From Podarcis gaigeae (taxonomy: Eukaryota), in assembly GCA_964106915.2 (NCBI GenBank), contig OZ066930.1: 64,000 nt of DNA. The stretch is one strand, 5' to 3'. How positions within the stretch are numbered: position 1 is the first letter of the stretch; the number at the start of each line of letters is the position of its first letter. The notes below the pieces were generated by a model that worked only from the letters and a program-made list of their open reading frames with translations, ran no database searches and had not been told where the DNA came from. Below are positions 13,194-27,126 of the stretch, in pieces. The position numbers and the translations under genes were made by a program.

Positions 13194-14995
13194 TATATAA
13201 ATAACCTCTGGGGAATTCTGCTTATGCAGTGGGACTTTCCTGCTTCCTTCCTAATGCAGTCCCTTACACCCCTTCAGAAAAATCCATTACTGGTGACCAT
13301 GAGACCTTTTGGAAAAGCACCCCATGTAATGGTGGTGGAAACTGCATCAGCTTCAGATGTTCTGCTGTCCCCATGCAAGCAGAAGTGTTTTTGCTTGTTA
13401 CGCGAGGGGCTTTTTGGATCTCAGCCTGTATTATTTATTTACAAATGCATTAGAAAATGATCATAGAGTATTCATTGTTTAGCAATTACCTAGGCTATAC
13501 TTATATTTTTGAAATGAGAGGGTGTAATTTCTAATTATATACTTCAAATAACAACAACAGCAATAAAAGCCCTTGTCAAATTCAGCAACAAATAAACACC
13601 GATTATGGGTAAATTGTTTCAATATCTTCACTTAAACCTTGTAATCTAAATGCTTAGAAGGAATTGAAAGAGCTATTAAACGTGGCTGGAATTAGTTGGA
13701 GTGTTGAGAGTGAGCTAGGGTCCAACTTCTTGAAAGTAAATAAAATCAATGTGTTACCATAGGCAAGTTACTGAACCATGTAATTAGTTTTTTTCCTATG
13801 AAAATAAGACATTATATTGAGGCAACGGCAGAGCAGTATGTATTCTAGTTATATGAAAATTAAACAATCATTAAAAGATTGCATTTTTTAAAATGTTGCC
13901 TGAGGGGAAAATCTAATAAGACAGCTTTTTTTCTTTTTGCCATTTATTGGGGAAATTTGAGCAATATTTTTTATAATGGTAGATGTATTTGCTTTAGGGA
14001 GAATCCTTTTTTCTAGTGAAATAAAGTCACTTAACTGTGTAAAGTAAATTTAAGTTAGCTTCCAGTAAGATCTGCATTAATAGAATTCATTGCTAGTGCC
14101 TGTGTTGTGTACTGAGTCATTCTATACAAAGGGAGAGCTAATCTTACAAATAGATGAACTGTTACCTTGGAATGTGCATTTTCCTCTTACAACCAATAAT
14201 TGTTGCTCTCAGACTGACTCGCTCTGTTGTTAAAGAGCGTGAGGTTCTGTGTTGCCCTTGTTTGTATTGTAAGAGGCAGATGAGGGTTGTACAAATAATT
14301 TTTCATGTTGAGCTATCATTATATTTCATGCATATTATTTATTTGTCCTTAAAGAACAGCAATATCAAATTTCTGGAGTTCTGTTTTTGATTCCTATTCT
14401 TTATATCTCATTAGCCAAGACTAGGGCATGGCTTTATTCTTTATGCCTATAGATTTACACAGTCAACAGTGACATGTGTTGACCTGCTTTCAATGTAATT
14501 AGGGTCATGATCAGTTAAAGGTGGTCTGCAGTGATATGGAAAGCAAAACAATTTACAGAAGGAAAGCTTTAAAAAATTTAAAACCAGATAGTAAACAGCA
14601 ATTTAAACATCAAGGGAGAGAATGAAAGCAAAACGATAGAATAAGTTGTGGACCCTTGTGTAAATCTGGTCCCAAAATAAGGCAAAGCTGCTTCTATGAT
14701 CATGCCCCTTGGCTAGTGTTTGGCGTAAATAATGTACATTCTTAAAAACATCTCAGTATTGTTTTCTATGACATACTTTTTATTCCATGACACGCTTCCA
14801 CAGTCCTCTTCACTGTACATATGAAGAAAACTATGGAAATGTGTGTGTGTGGCTTGCTGGAGCAGTAGTACCTAGGGAAGTGGCCTTAAATCATGTGTTG
14901 AAGTTTATTGCTTGTCCCCAGTTCCTTATTTGCACAGAGGTTCAAAACACCTCTGGGTCAGAAAAGTTTTTATTTTATTTTAACTGAAGTCTATA

Positions 14996-15218
14996 CAGTG
15001 GTACCTCAGGTTACATACACTTCAGGTTACAGACTCCGCTAACCCAGAAATAGTGCTTCAGGTTAAGAACTTTGCTTCAGGATGAGAACAGAAATCGTGC
15101 TCTGGCCATGCGGCAGTAGGAGGCCCCATTAGCTAAAGTGGTGCTTCAGGTTAAGAACAGTTTCAGGTTAAGTACGGACCTCCAGAACGAATTAAGTACT
15201 TAACCTAAGGTACCACTG
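14996..15218. mobile_element. Tc1/mariner-like MITE, ~225-bp family copy 1
   Basis: TA|CAGTGGTACCT...AGGTACCACTG|TA; reverse complement of the copies at 17956 and 33359. Confidence 0.92.
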
Positions 15219-16719
15219 TATGTCCCTTAACCTCATAGTAAGCTTTGAAATATCCCACAATATCCTAACTGTCCATAACCCGGGACACAATCTCCTTCAA
15301 GGCGCAGAATACTTTTATCCAGTCAAAATTGCTGTGTTTGTGTAGCACTCATGAATGCATGATTATCTCAGATGACAAAAACAAACAAGGAATTAAAGGT
15401 GTGTGCCCCACAGTAAGTTTTGGGGCACCACAAATCATAAAATCATATGCCTACACATCCAGGAGAATGTCCTTTGAATGCAGTCTTCTTATAATTATGT
15501 CACACCCTGTGCTTTCCTGAGGCACAAGATGCTGTCAAATACGGCACCCTGTGTTATTCACTCTTCTGCAAAAGTGTGTGATCTTTTCTTTGGGGTCTGT
15601 AGCAGAACGTGTATATTTCCAAGCCCATACCAAAGAAAACCTCCATATCTCATTGTAAAGAAAATGCATGTATCTGTCGTCCCAGAAAGTAGTTACTCAA
15701 ATTGCAATTGAATTGATGAGATTCTACCTCATTGGAAAAGCTGTAGGCACGTGCCCATCACAACAAACACACAGTTGAGGGGTGGGTGGGGAAATTGACT
15801 ACAACTAGGCTGTGTAGATTTCACTAAGGAGTGGGCCACTTTCATGTGGTCCTCAGTGCCACAGCCTGCCCTACATCTCCTCACTTGCCTCCCTTGCTTC
15901 TGAGACATGCCATAATATTTTGCTTGGACCAGCGCGTGGATATAACTTCATGTTGTTGTTTTTTGAAAGAAAAATATGTCATTACTCTAGCAGTGTGTGC
16001 TTCACATTTTTCAACTAAATTTATTTTCCTTAATTTACTTGACCTGTAAGCATTTCTGTTCAGGCAGGAGATAATTAAAGAGCCCGCTGGATATCAATGA
16101 TAGACTTCATTTTAAATAACTTAATAATGAATGTGGGAAACAATGCTTATTAGTAAGGCATTTAAGGACATAGGCACAGAAAGAGCATCAAAGTGATTGA
16201 AATGATAGTTTTATTATGTCTGTCTAGAATCACCGTCTTCCCATGCTGAGCTCTTCCCTTTTCCTCATCTGTTTTCATGAGATCAAGTAATTATCCCTGC
16301 AGCTTCTCTGAAGGAACCACTCCAGCTTGCTAAAAGCACATAGTGCTGAAAGTTAGTACAGTCTAACCTATTCCATTTTAAGGAAAACATTACTTGGTTT
16401 TGCATTTGCAGTTCTTTCATGTGCAGAATGCAAATGCATTTTGCCGTTTTTCAAAATTGAGTGCATATATTTAGGTAGCCTGCTGGAGAAAAATGAAAAT
16501 ATGGTATCAGTTTTGCATAATATGATCAGAGCTTTCTCTTGGGAATATGGGGCTAGAGAAGTAAGAACTTAGAAACGGTTGACATTATAACAGAAGTTCC
16601 GATATTTTTCTGAGCAACATTAACACACATACTGGAAGTTACAGTCTGGCAGACAGAACATGGTGCTAGGTGTGCCCAGAAGTTAGTGTCCTTTGGTAGT
16701 ATTTCTGTTTTGAAATATC

Positions 16720-16960
16720 AGCTTTCAAGGACAGCTCCTCATAAAATACATGACAGTAGTCAAGCCTGAAGATTGGGGTTGGTGGGGTAGAAGGCAGAGA
16801 GACCAACAGTGGATGGAACCAAAGCCAGGGAAATGAGGGGCCAGATGGGACTTGTTCACCTGGAGAATGAAAACAGTGATCTTTAACCTCCACTGCCTTT
16901 CAGGGCATATTTGGGAAGAAAAATGGCTAAGGAGTGAACCCTGCACTCCCTGGAGTGGAG
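16720..16960 (-). mobile_element. Degenerate L2/CR1-group LINE RT fragment
   Basis: Minus-strand translations GVQGSLLS (resembles GVPQGS.LSP) and FRLDYCHVFYEELSLK (resembles SRLDYCN.LY.GLP). Confidence 0.65.
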
Positions 16961-17955
16961 TACGCCTCCTTCTGGCAACTCCTTCCGCTAAGCCCGGGAC
17001 AAATGTATTACTTTCTTTTCCTTTGGACTACGTTAGTGCATCTTGTCATCTGGGCAGCCCAGGGCCTCCATACAAATTGCCCAGGCTTGTTTTACTGTTA
17101 ACTCATCCCCCAAGATTTGATTAGCTTAGTGTTACTTGTTTACACAGCAGGGAGCTGTAGATATGGTTGTTATTAAAGGCAAATGGTACTGGAAAGGAGG
17201 TAACTGTTTATCAGGAGACATTTCCTATGAGAATTGACACTTAGCTAGACAATTATTAGTCACGGGCCCTTTTTGTGGGAGGCAATACTAATAGACTCCA
17301 ACTGAGGAGTGAACATCATCATAGGGTCTTGAGCATTCAAGCTTGGGTAGGTTGCCTGCTTGTTAACACTTGTCTCCTGGCATCTTGGTTGGGGGTTGTT
17401 GTTTTTTTAAATAGCTAGATGGAGTGCTTAAGATATACTAAACACTGGGTTGCTCCAGCATACCATCTTTGAAGAATGTTAAATGAGGTCCAGTTTTTAA
17501 ATGTGTCACTAGGTGGGCTAAAACGGTTTACGTATGTGATGCTGCATGTGGTTGGCTTTGCTTCAAATTCTGACCCTCAGCCAGTATGTGTGTAGAATTA
17601 GCTGTCACAAACCCATAGCCCCAGTGGGTGAAACTGATGTCCTGTAATGCTTTAGACATAGCAAATAAGGGTCTGGTATTGTGATCAGTGTAAAATGGGA
17701 GGCAAGCAAGCAATTTTAGTGTGGCATTGCATTAGAATATTGGCTCTAGTTGTTGGTGATATTGCAAAGGAAGGAGGTAAGAAACTCTCCCGCTTGCCAC
17801 CTTTAAAGCAGATTTTTGCACACCTGTGCCTTTCTAAGTACCAATAATATAATGAAGTTATAATTGGAATATTTCAACCACTGTGGCAACAATTTTGGAA
17901 GAGTGAGCAAAATCCACCAAATTGACTCATAAAATATTATCTAGTCTAAGAACTA

Positions 17956-18181
17956 CAGTGGTACCTCGGGTTAAGTACTTAATTCGTTCCGGAGGTCCGT
18001 ACTTAACCTGAAACTGTTCTGAACCTGAAGTACCACTTTAGCTAATGGGGCCTCCCGCTGCCGCCATGCCGCCAGAGCACGATTTCTGTTCTCATCCTGA
18101 AGCAAAGTTCTTAACCTGAAGCACTATTTCTGGGTTAGTGGAGTCTGTAACCTGAAGCGTATGTAACCCAAGGTACCACTG
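17956..18181. mobile_element. Tc1/mariner-like MITE, ~225-bp family copy 2 (inverted relative to copy 1)
   Basis: TA|CAGTGGTACCTCGGGTTA...TAACCCAAGGTACCACTG|TA. Confidence 0.92.
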
Positions 18182-19679
18182 TACATTACAATTATCTATC
18201 TATCTATCATCTATCTAATTTCTATATCTCCCTTTATCTGAGGATCACAGGGCAGTTTACAGCATAAAAGCACAAAAATACATAACATAGTAACAAACAA
18301 AAACAACACCCCTCACACAATTTAAAAGGCCATAGATTGTTTAATTAGTCAAAGACTAATACAAGCAAACCATAATCTACTGTGAGCTTTTTTATGCTGA
18401 TTCCAAAAGCACTCATTAAACTGTGAAATCTTGTGTATGTCTATTCAGAAGTAAATCCTCTGAGTTCCATGGGACTTTCTCACAAGAATGCTTGTGTAGT
18501 ATTGCAGCCTAAATTACTTTTCAAAAATGTATTTTGCATCCTTTTGCATTAATCTTGTGAGGTAGATCATGTGGCAGACTTACTTTCATGGCAACTAACT
18601 GTGAACATGCAAGAGTGACAATTGGCCTGTGGTAGGTTGCGCTTGAGGCTAGGTCTTCTAAGGGAAATAATATACATTTCTGGACCATGCTGACTCTAGT
18701 TATTCTGCATTAGATATTAATTTCCATACTCCCCCCCCCCAAAGGTGTGTTTTTGCATTTTAATCTCTTGGTGCTGCATACTGCAAACCTGTGATATTTT
18801 ACTTAGTTTTGATTTTACTAAAATGAAAAAAAAATACTTTGACTTTGTAGATGCTGCTAAAATTATCTAAATATTCGAGGATAGTTTGTTTTCTCTGGCT
18901 TCTTGGTGTTATCTTTAGAAGCAGAGAGTAGAAAGATAATGGCTGGCAGATGTGCCTTTCAGTTTCAGAGAGCAAGGAGAAGGAGTAGCTGCTGACATGC
19001 CTTTTTCTGTGCTTTTTGTCAGTTGGAAAAGCTGGTGATAAGTTGTTGTTTTCCTTAGTTTCCATTGGTTTACAAGAAGGTCCGCCCCCCCCCATTTACT
19101 ATATTGTTTACTAGTTGTTTGCCTGAATGTCACTGATGTTAAATTCTGTGTGATGATCTTCATTTCTTGGATAGAAAGTGGCCAAAACTTGAGGAAGTGG
19201 CAGTTTGAATGGAAATCTATATGTCTCTTTTAGAAAAAGGAAAGTTTTTCATAGCCTGAGTTAGAATCCTTAGTCAGAACTGAACTTTCCACCAGTGTGA
19301 AAGAGTCTGTGTAACATACTGAGAAACATTTTCCAAATTGCAAATAGTGCTGCTTTCAGACAGCTTGAATAGAAGCCACTGCACCTGTTACTACAAAGTA
19401 TAGGAGGACCTAACCTTTAATTGCCTTGGAAACCCATGTGTGAGTTAATCTGTCTTGGGTGTGTAGTGCATGTACATGTCATGTATGTTACACTTTAGCA
19501 AGGATTCAGTTTATAATCTTGAATTCCTATGCTGAAATTTTGCTTGGAAACCTTGGATGTATTTAATATTATTAGAAGTTATGTCTTAAGTTTTGTAACT
19601 ACCTTGAAAGAAGCCAACTTGCAGAAAGGTGGTGCAACTCGGACACAGTTGCTTAAGGAATTTCTGGGATACTTCAGAC

Positions 19680-19805
19680 TGGGGTAGCCAGATGTTTTGA
19701 CTTACAATTCCCATCAGCCACCTCCCCCCCCAACCCGGTCAGCGATCAGGGTGATGGGAGATGTAACCCAGAACATTTGGAGGATACCATTTTAGCTACT
19801 CCTGC
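19680..19805. repeat. Palindromic hAT-like MITE (actacaactcccatc family); related copies near 37866-37972, 41460-41575 and 55175-55250
   Basis: gatgttttgacttacaattcccatc ... gatgggagatgtaacccagaacatt inverted arms. Confidence 0.6.
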
Positions 19806-19912
19806 CTCCAAACTCCACACTAATGGCAATAACCCACGTTGCACTATGAACCTTTTCACTGTGACAATAGTGCATAGGTTTAGGTGTCCAAGTGCTAGTG
19901 AATCAGCAGGCA

Positions 19913-20650
19913 CAGGGGTGCCAACTTGAATAAGATATTGCGGGGGCAGGTAAGCCCTGCCTTGCATAATTGATCACATGACACAGCACCCACCCACCAT
20001 TTGAATAGCAATGCCCATCAACTGGGGGGGGGGGGAGAGGCTCAATTTTTTTTAGGGAATTCTGCCTGGGTCAGAGGAATGTGCCACGACGTAGGCACCG
20101 GCAGATATTCCTTGTCGACCTCCCCGCCGCTACTCCCGGCAGATAAGCAGGCGAGGTCTCGGCGATTCTTCCCAGATGTGAGAAGAACACACCGTCTCTT
20201 CTCTCTCCCCTTTGGAGTCCCCAGGGAGTGGAAAGAAGCAGACAGAAATCTATTTACATCCTTTATTTCTGTCTCTTACATCAGTACAGAGAAACATGTC
20301 TGCACTCAACAGCAGTAAGAAATAATCTCCACCCATGTACTTCCAGTACGGGTCATATGACACACGCACTGAGCTAACATCTGGTGCTCAGTACAGAATG
20401 GACTGCCCCTTTGTTCCCATGGCAACAGTCACAAACATCCTGTTTGGCTTTCCAGCCACCTGCAGCTGACTTGGCTGCTATAGCCTTTGCTTGCTGCTGC
20501 ATTGGTGCTTTATGGTAACAGGTAAGCCCTGCCTTGCATAATTGATCACATGACACAGCACCCACCCACCATTTGAATAGCAATGCCCATCAACTGGGGG
20601 GGGGGGAGAGGCTCAATTTTTTTTAGGGGGGGCAGACGAAGGGATCTCGG
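19913..20650. mobile_element. hAT-like element remnant interrupted by an insert with a ~108-bp direct duplication
   Basis: Begins CAGGGGTGCCAAC; 19949-20057 is repeated at 20521-20628. Confidence 0.65.
20058..20520 (-). mobile_element. Putative LTR-retrotransposon fragment: candidate LTR 20177-20520 plus ~120 bp CpG-rich leader
   Basis: TGT...ACA termini, minus-strand AATAAA at 20267-20262, retained CpGs in 20090-20176. No canonical tRNA primer-binding site identified. Confidence 0.55.
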
Positions 20651-23600
20651 TACAAGCATTGTTGCATCAGTAAAGACCTTCTGCTGACAACAACATAGTG
20701 CAATTATCATGTATACTAATTCTGAATTTCTTCTGCATGCCTACTCTTAGAAGGTGTCATCCACCCATGTGAAGCAGGCATCTGTATGCTTGGCAGGGAA
20801 ACCCAATATAGCTCAAAGAAGACAGAGCATGCACAGTGGGCATAGGTTGCTATTTGACTGTTGGGGTGGAGTGGATGATGAATGGAACGGAGTATCCTGG
20901 AATTATGGAGGTTTGCAATGCAACATTTTGTTTCATATCCTACCTGGTGTTGTGATTGCATTTATATACCATCCTTCCTCTTTGGAGCATAGCAGGGTGT
21001 ATGTAATTCTATGTCCTCTTTTTAGTTTAGACTTGAGAGGTGGTGACTAGCTTAAAGTTACTTTGTGAGTTTCATGGCTGAGTGAGGGTTTCACCATGAG
21101 TCTCCTTGCTCCTAGTTATATGTGCTCTAACAGCTACACCATACTGACTCTTGGGGGTACAGTGATACTGTACTTAGGACCACAAGGGAAGGGAAAGTTC
21201 ATCTATGCAGCATTCTAAGGATAATCCAGTGTCAACCTCAAAAGGAATCTTTCACAGTATATTGTCTGGCAGGTAGGTCAGAGATATATCTCCACCTGTC
21301 AGCTGCATGAAATTTATTTGTAGTATAAGCTGCTGGCTCCATATGATGTGTTAGTCCGCTCTCATAGTCGTAGTACAACTGGTCTGTGTAAAGCTATGCA
21401 GGGTGTAAACAAATAGCACTGTGCCTTCTTTGGCTTTCTGGCACATTAATAGGTAGAGCAAACGAATCTGACCCCAGCAAGCAGATTATCAACTAAATCC
21501 ATATCTGACCTCAAACGTTAACAAAGAAAAACACAAAACAGTTGCCGAAATCAGTAACAAATGAGAAGCTTGGCAAAAATGCTGCTAAGAAGGAAGAAAT
21601 CCCTTTTGATTGGTTTTTCTCCTGGATGATAACAGGAGAGAGAGATTCTGGAGGAATATTGAACTTCATTAGGTATGGAAGGCGTGCTTTATGATCGCTG
21701 TCCTTTCAAATTCTGAAATACTAAGCAATGTCTAATGAGAATTTTCTCCAAAATCACTTACAGGTGAGCACATTCTGTTTTCTCCTGTTGCCAATAAATC
21801 CAGTGTTGCAATATGGTGACATTTCCCCCTTGTTCTTTTTTACTCTAAATCGATGGGCCACACAGCCCAAGCTGATAAAAATGTACTGTGCCAATGACTG
21901 TGAAATAAATTCAGGGAAATATAAGAGGAGATAAGGCTGCAAAATGGCATCTGGCAAATGAATGTAGGATGAGCACAGCATGTATGTATGCTTGTGGTGG
22001 TAGCTATATCCATACAATATACTGTGTAATCTATAGTTTTTATGTTATCTTTTATATCAAAGTTTTTAAGAGGATTTTACAATAAGTTCAGTGTACTGAA
22101 AACTGTGGTGATTGTTAAAAAGAACAAGAGCAATGGAATATAAATTTAGAGCTTGCTGTATGTATATTTTGTGTGTGCTGGTATGAGCCTAACTCTGCAC
22201 TTCATTGGACCGATACACCAGTCACTGATTTGAATGCTGATTAAATTATCTGTCTAACCTTTCTCTCCATACCCATCTTAATTTTTTTCTTCAAGACCCC
22301 ATTAATGACTGTCACATTTATTTATTCATGCACTAAAAGCAAACAAAGCCAAGCTGTAAAACCTCTTGGTGAGGTAGGAGAAGTTGGCTTGTGATATCAC
22401 AGCCATTAGTTAATCTGCTCATTGTTGAGCTGCTAAAGTGGCTGAGTCTGTTTTCATGTAGCACTTTTGCTGCAGCAACAGAAGATTTTCAAGTTGCTAC
22501 GGGTAAAAATTTAGCTGACTGTATGGCTACTGGTTACTTCTGCATGCAGTGCTAAAACACTGTTTAATGGGCTGTAGATGATCTTCCATGAATATGAGTG
22601 AAACATCTGGTTTGTGTGTTTCCCCTTTCTTCCTCCTCGTCCTCCTGTGTGACTGGGAAGTGGTTTTTGTTTGTTTGTTTGTTTCATTTCTCCTTCACAC
22701 AGACTTTGCTTAGCACTAAAGACAAATTGGGAATCCTTGCCTAAGACAAACCAGTGTTAGACCAGTGGATCCTGCCTATGGGCTTGCAGATATAATACAC
22801 TGTTGAATCACCCCCCACCCCAAATAACAAGGCCTTAACAATGTAAAGCAATTGTAAAACTAATAGATTTTAGAGATGAGTGATTCCAGAATATGTCACA
22901 ATATGTCTGATATGACAGTTTTGGCCGTTTGTTTGAACTTTTCATTGTAATAATAATTATATAATCAGAAATATTTTCAGTAAGCCATTTTAGGAAAATG
23001 CAGAATTTGATTTGTGGTGATATTTCAGCTTCTAGTGATACAATTTTATTTGTAAGAAGAATCCCTCAAAGCCATAATTTGATTGTAGTATGACTTGAAG
23101 AAAGGGGTATCCAGCTAAGTTTTACAGTGAGTGGGCTCACTGAAATTAATGGACCTAAGTTAGTCACATCGGGTGTTTTGAATGTGTCAACTCTGAGTAG
23201 TTTTAACACTGGGTACACTAGTGAAATATTTTAATTTTGTTTTCCATGTGTGTTTGCTTGGTGTTGACATTTATCTGAGAGTGAATCAATTGGTGCTGTA
23301 TTTCTAATTTTATTTGTACATAATTTGTAGAACATTCTTAGTCTGTGTGGGTGATGCTGCAAGTCTGTATAAACTTTCCTTGGGAGCAAGCTCCATTAAA
23401 ATCAGCGCATCTTAATTCTGAGTAGACGTGTGCTCAGGGTTGCAGTGTTAACTGAATTTGATCCATTATCCCTTAAGGCTGCCTTCCCCTCCATATCCTA
23501 TACTGAATCTTAAGATAAATCAAGGCTAGTATGTGTGAACCAGGTTCAAATAATAGTTACACACAGAGATGCATTCTCTGTTGCTTTGGAAGCCTTTCTT

Positions 23601-26600
23601 CCCAGAAGGATTGTGAGAATTCTCTGGGATTTTTATTCTTATCTGCCTCAATTCATCAAACTGTATACTTGGGATCCTATTAATATACCTTACAATGGCT
23701 GTTTTTAACATAGTTTAGATGGTGTTTCCCATGGCTTATGTCTCCTGCTTTACAAAAGCAAATAGTTGGATCCCTTCTGATAGATCAATTTGCATACAGT
23801 CAAAAAAGGAGCAAACTCATCCCCACCATTTTAAATTACATTCTGTCTGTTGCCTCCTAGGATCGGATTAACCTCCATTTTAAGCCCTCTTGTGCCAGAG
23901 TTAGAATAACAAATGTGATGTGAACTGACATCTGGAAAAGCAATGCTAAAGAAATTTCAGCAACATTCTGAAATTTGGTTCTTCCGTGTGAAGGGCTGTT
24001 TCACTTGTGGTTTTCTTTTTTCCCTATTGAGAATTGTTGTTTAGGAAAAGCACACATATAGATGTGTGAAGCTGGTAAGAGTGTGCATTTTTGTGTAAAT
24101 CAGCATGTGTTTGATTTCCCAGCACATGCGCTTGTGGTAATAACACTGACTCTCATTGAGTGGTGTGTAGGCACCTGCAGGGTAGGATATAAAGCTTCAT
24201 ATAAAATAAGCACAGAGTTGTATACATGCATTTGTGTGTTGTATCTTGATGTAGTAGAGGGGGATGTTGTCTGTGGAAACAACCCTGAGATGATACCCTC
24301 AATAAACATGCTTGATTTCAAAATAGGTATAAATAGCAAATGATTATTCAGTGAATGTTTACAAGGTTATGGGGCTGCTTTAAATAAAAGAAAGTTATGC
24401 ATCAAAATAATGTAGGACTTGTATCTCTTTAGCTGGAAAACACTTCATTTTTTTCTGCCTTGGTGAAAATCCTTAAGGAGGATTTTTATGTAGCAACTCT
24501 GACCCCCCCCCTTAAAATGTCTTTTAAGGAAACCAAGTAGGATAGTGCTGAAATTTGGAGAGACCCTAACAATTGCGTAGGAAAGGTTGTAGTCCATGAC
24601 AACCTTGTTGAGATGTTAGCCCTGACAGTATCTGTGACCAGGCTAATTGTTGTATCTCAGGACAAGATTATCTGGTAAAGACAATAGAAAGACTTAGTGT
24701 GTGTTCTCTTTGACAAATGCATCACTGGATTTACAACAGTATCAAACATGATAGCCTGCAGAAATAAATTTAGAGACAATTTTTAGCAGGGGTGGAGGCC
24801 CTTTCTAAAGTAGGATGAATACTGTTCACAAATTCACAGGACTCATTTGGCATTGTGTCCAGTGAGACTCTTGATGTCTGTTTTCTAAGTAGTCTCTGCT
24901 TGGCACAGTTACTTGGTGGTGGTATGTAGGTGGCATTTATTTAGCACTTGACTCCTGGCCCCGTCATGACCCATACTTGCAGGCAGCTTGTCTGCATCAA
25001 TGGAGGAAGTGGATGCTCCTCTTGCGTTCTAAAATTGCAAAATATGTACCAATTTCCCACTCCCAAACACTTGTAATCACAGCGAGTTCTGTGGAAGCAG
25101 AACTGCTTGATTTCTTTCTCCTGCCTTCTCCAGTCTTTGCAAAGGGTCAGAATCTAAGCGGCTACATATAGATAAATTGATTTGAACAGGATTCACATGA
25201 CTAATAGCAGCAGCAGTAGGTTGCAGGAGCTTTTTGTGTCTTCATAATATGCTTAACAGGTTGTATAAAAAGAGTTTCAAATTGGAAGCAATGGTGTTGC
25301 TCAGATTATTGCAAGCATGAGAAACTCAAAAGAATCCAGTGAATGGGTGAGAAATGTGACCCCTTTGTTGGCACTTGGTTGCTCTGCAGAGGCTTGCATT
25401 GTAGACAGAACAGACTCTCTTCTTGCTGTGTTCAAGAGGCATTTCATTGATTTCTGTCAAGAAGAAAAGCTTTTCTAAAGTAGTGCTCTTCAGGCCTTGT
25501 GGATTATTAAGATCTGTTAGTAGCCAGTTGCTCTTTCTTTAGGAAACTGGCAAAGAAGGGGGTCTTGCTAGTTCATGTGGCTTCTGATTATAAGTGAAAC
25601 AGCTGGGTCAGTAACAGATACTCATACCAGTTTTTATCTGGCATATAGCCCCTTCCATACAACCCGTATTGTTAACATAGATTCCTAGAATGTATTAGTT
25701 TCTTGTTCTGATCTGCTACGACTTCACCTCATCTGTTTCCCGATCTTTCTAAAGTTACAAATGTGCATTGAGAAAAAGGATGATATCACCAGTGCCGTAA
25801 CCTATGAATTGCACTGGGTGACCATACTTGTCACTTTTAAAAATGGTGTTGGACTGGTTTCTTAATACTCACAAAGGGAGTCTCTGATCAGACTTCATTT
25901 GAAGGCCACCTGTAGAAGTTGCTGAAACTCCCCCTTTCCTTGAGATGGGTGTGTGTGTCATGGTTATTTAACTGGGTTGTGCGCACAATTCATAGTTAAA
26001 CTCCAATAGCCTTCTAGTCTACTGTAAATCTGTCTTCTATACATAGGTGTTAAAATACATGTTGAGCAAAAATGCATGCAAAATAAAACAGCAGCCAGTG
26101 CAGCCCAATGGTCCCTTGCCAGAAAGGGACAGAGAAAATAGATCAGAGTTTAGGAAATACTGAAATGTGTTAGCACATGCTTTATAGGAGTGGTCAGTAG
26201 GGAAGATTTTACAAGCACACACACTCACACACTACTAGATATGCACTCAGGAGCAAAGTATCTTGGGGTCTGGAAGGCTCAATCTCTAACTTTACAGAAA
26301 TTCTACAGTCAAAATGGAAAGTGCAGAATAAGCATCTTGCATTTGATTGGAAATCCGCATTTGTGTATGACTGCAAGTCAAAGGGTTCGTCCTTTTGATT
26401 TTAGATTGTATCAGGGTGAGGTTTTCCCTTCTAAGCGTGAGAACAGTTGCAGTGAAATTATCTCAGTACTCCCTCTCTTCATTCCTGTAATGAAAGTCTT
26501 CAAACATCCTTACATGATTTGTGTAAGGAAAGACCAGTCCTTTTCTCCTGCTCTGAGAAATATGGGGAGACACATTCAGAAGTTTTCAACACTCTCTTCT

Positions 26601-27126
26601 CTCAGGTGAAGTGCCTAGTACCTTTTAAAAATGCAAGAAAGAAAAAACAAGTATATCACAAAATATGTTCTGAGTGTTAAATCTAATCTCTCTTTTGCTG
26701 TTTCTCTAAAGCATATTTTCCATGCTGAAAAGGCACTTTCACTGGCTCAAAAAGAGATTTATTTTCTGTTAGAAAAAGATTTGGATTTAGCTTTAAATTG
26801 TCTTATTCAACACTGCCTTAAAATTCCTATCAGCTAAAATAGGAACTATTCCAGAAACATCAAAATAATGCACTGAAGCCCTCCATTGATTTACTTAAAT
26901 CTTCCTTGTTAGTTACTTGAGGTATGTGTATCTCAACCACCCTTTCAACCAAAGAGACAAGGGGGGTGGCGGCGGAAAGGTCCTTGCATGGCATAGCTAT
27001 GCAATGTTAAAAGTATTGAAGCCAGAGTTGCCTGGGTCATGAGAAACGTGGTACTTCCCAAATCTATGACACTTACATATTTTAGTTTAAATAACTTTAT
27101 TGGTCTCATTTTTGGATCAAGTAACT

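Noticed and set aside
14996-15218. CRISPR-like array from the recurring TTCAGGTTA word
   Set aside because: These are short internal repeats of a TIR-bounded MITE in a vertebrate intron; no constant repeat-spacer period and no cas genes.
20160-20176. tRNA primer-binding site next to the putative LTR
   Set aside because: Minus strand reads tcTGGGAAGAATCGCC; I could not match it to the 3' end of any tRNA I know, so it is not claimed.
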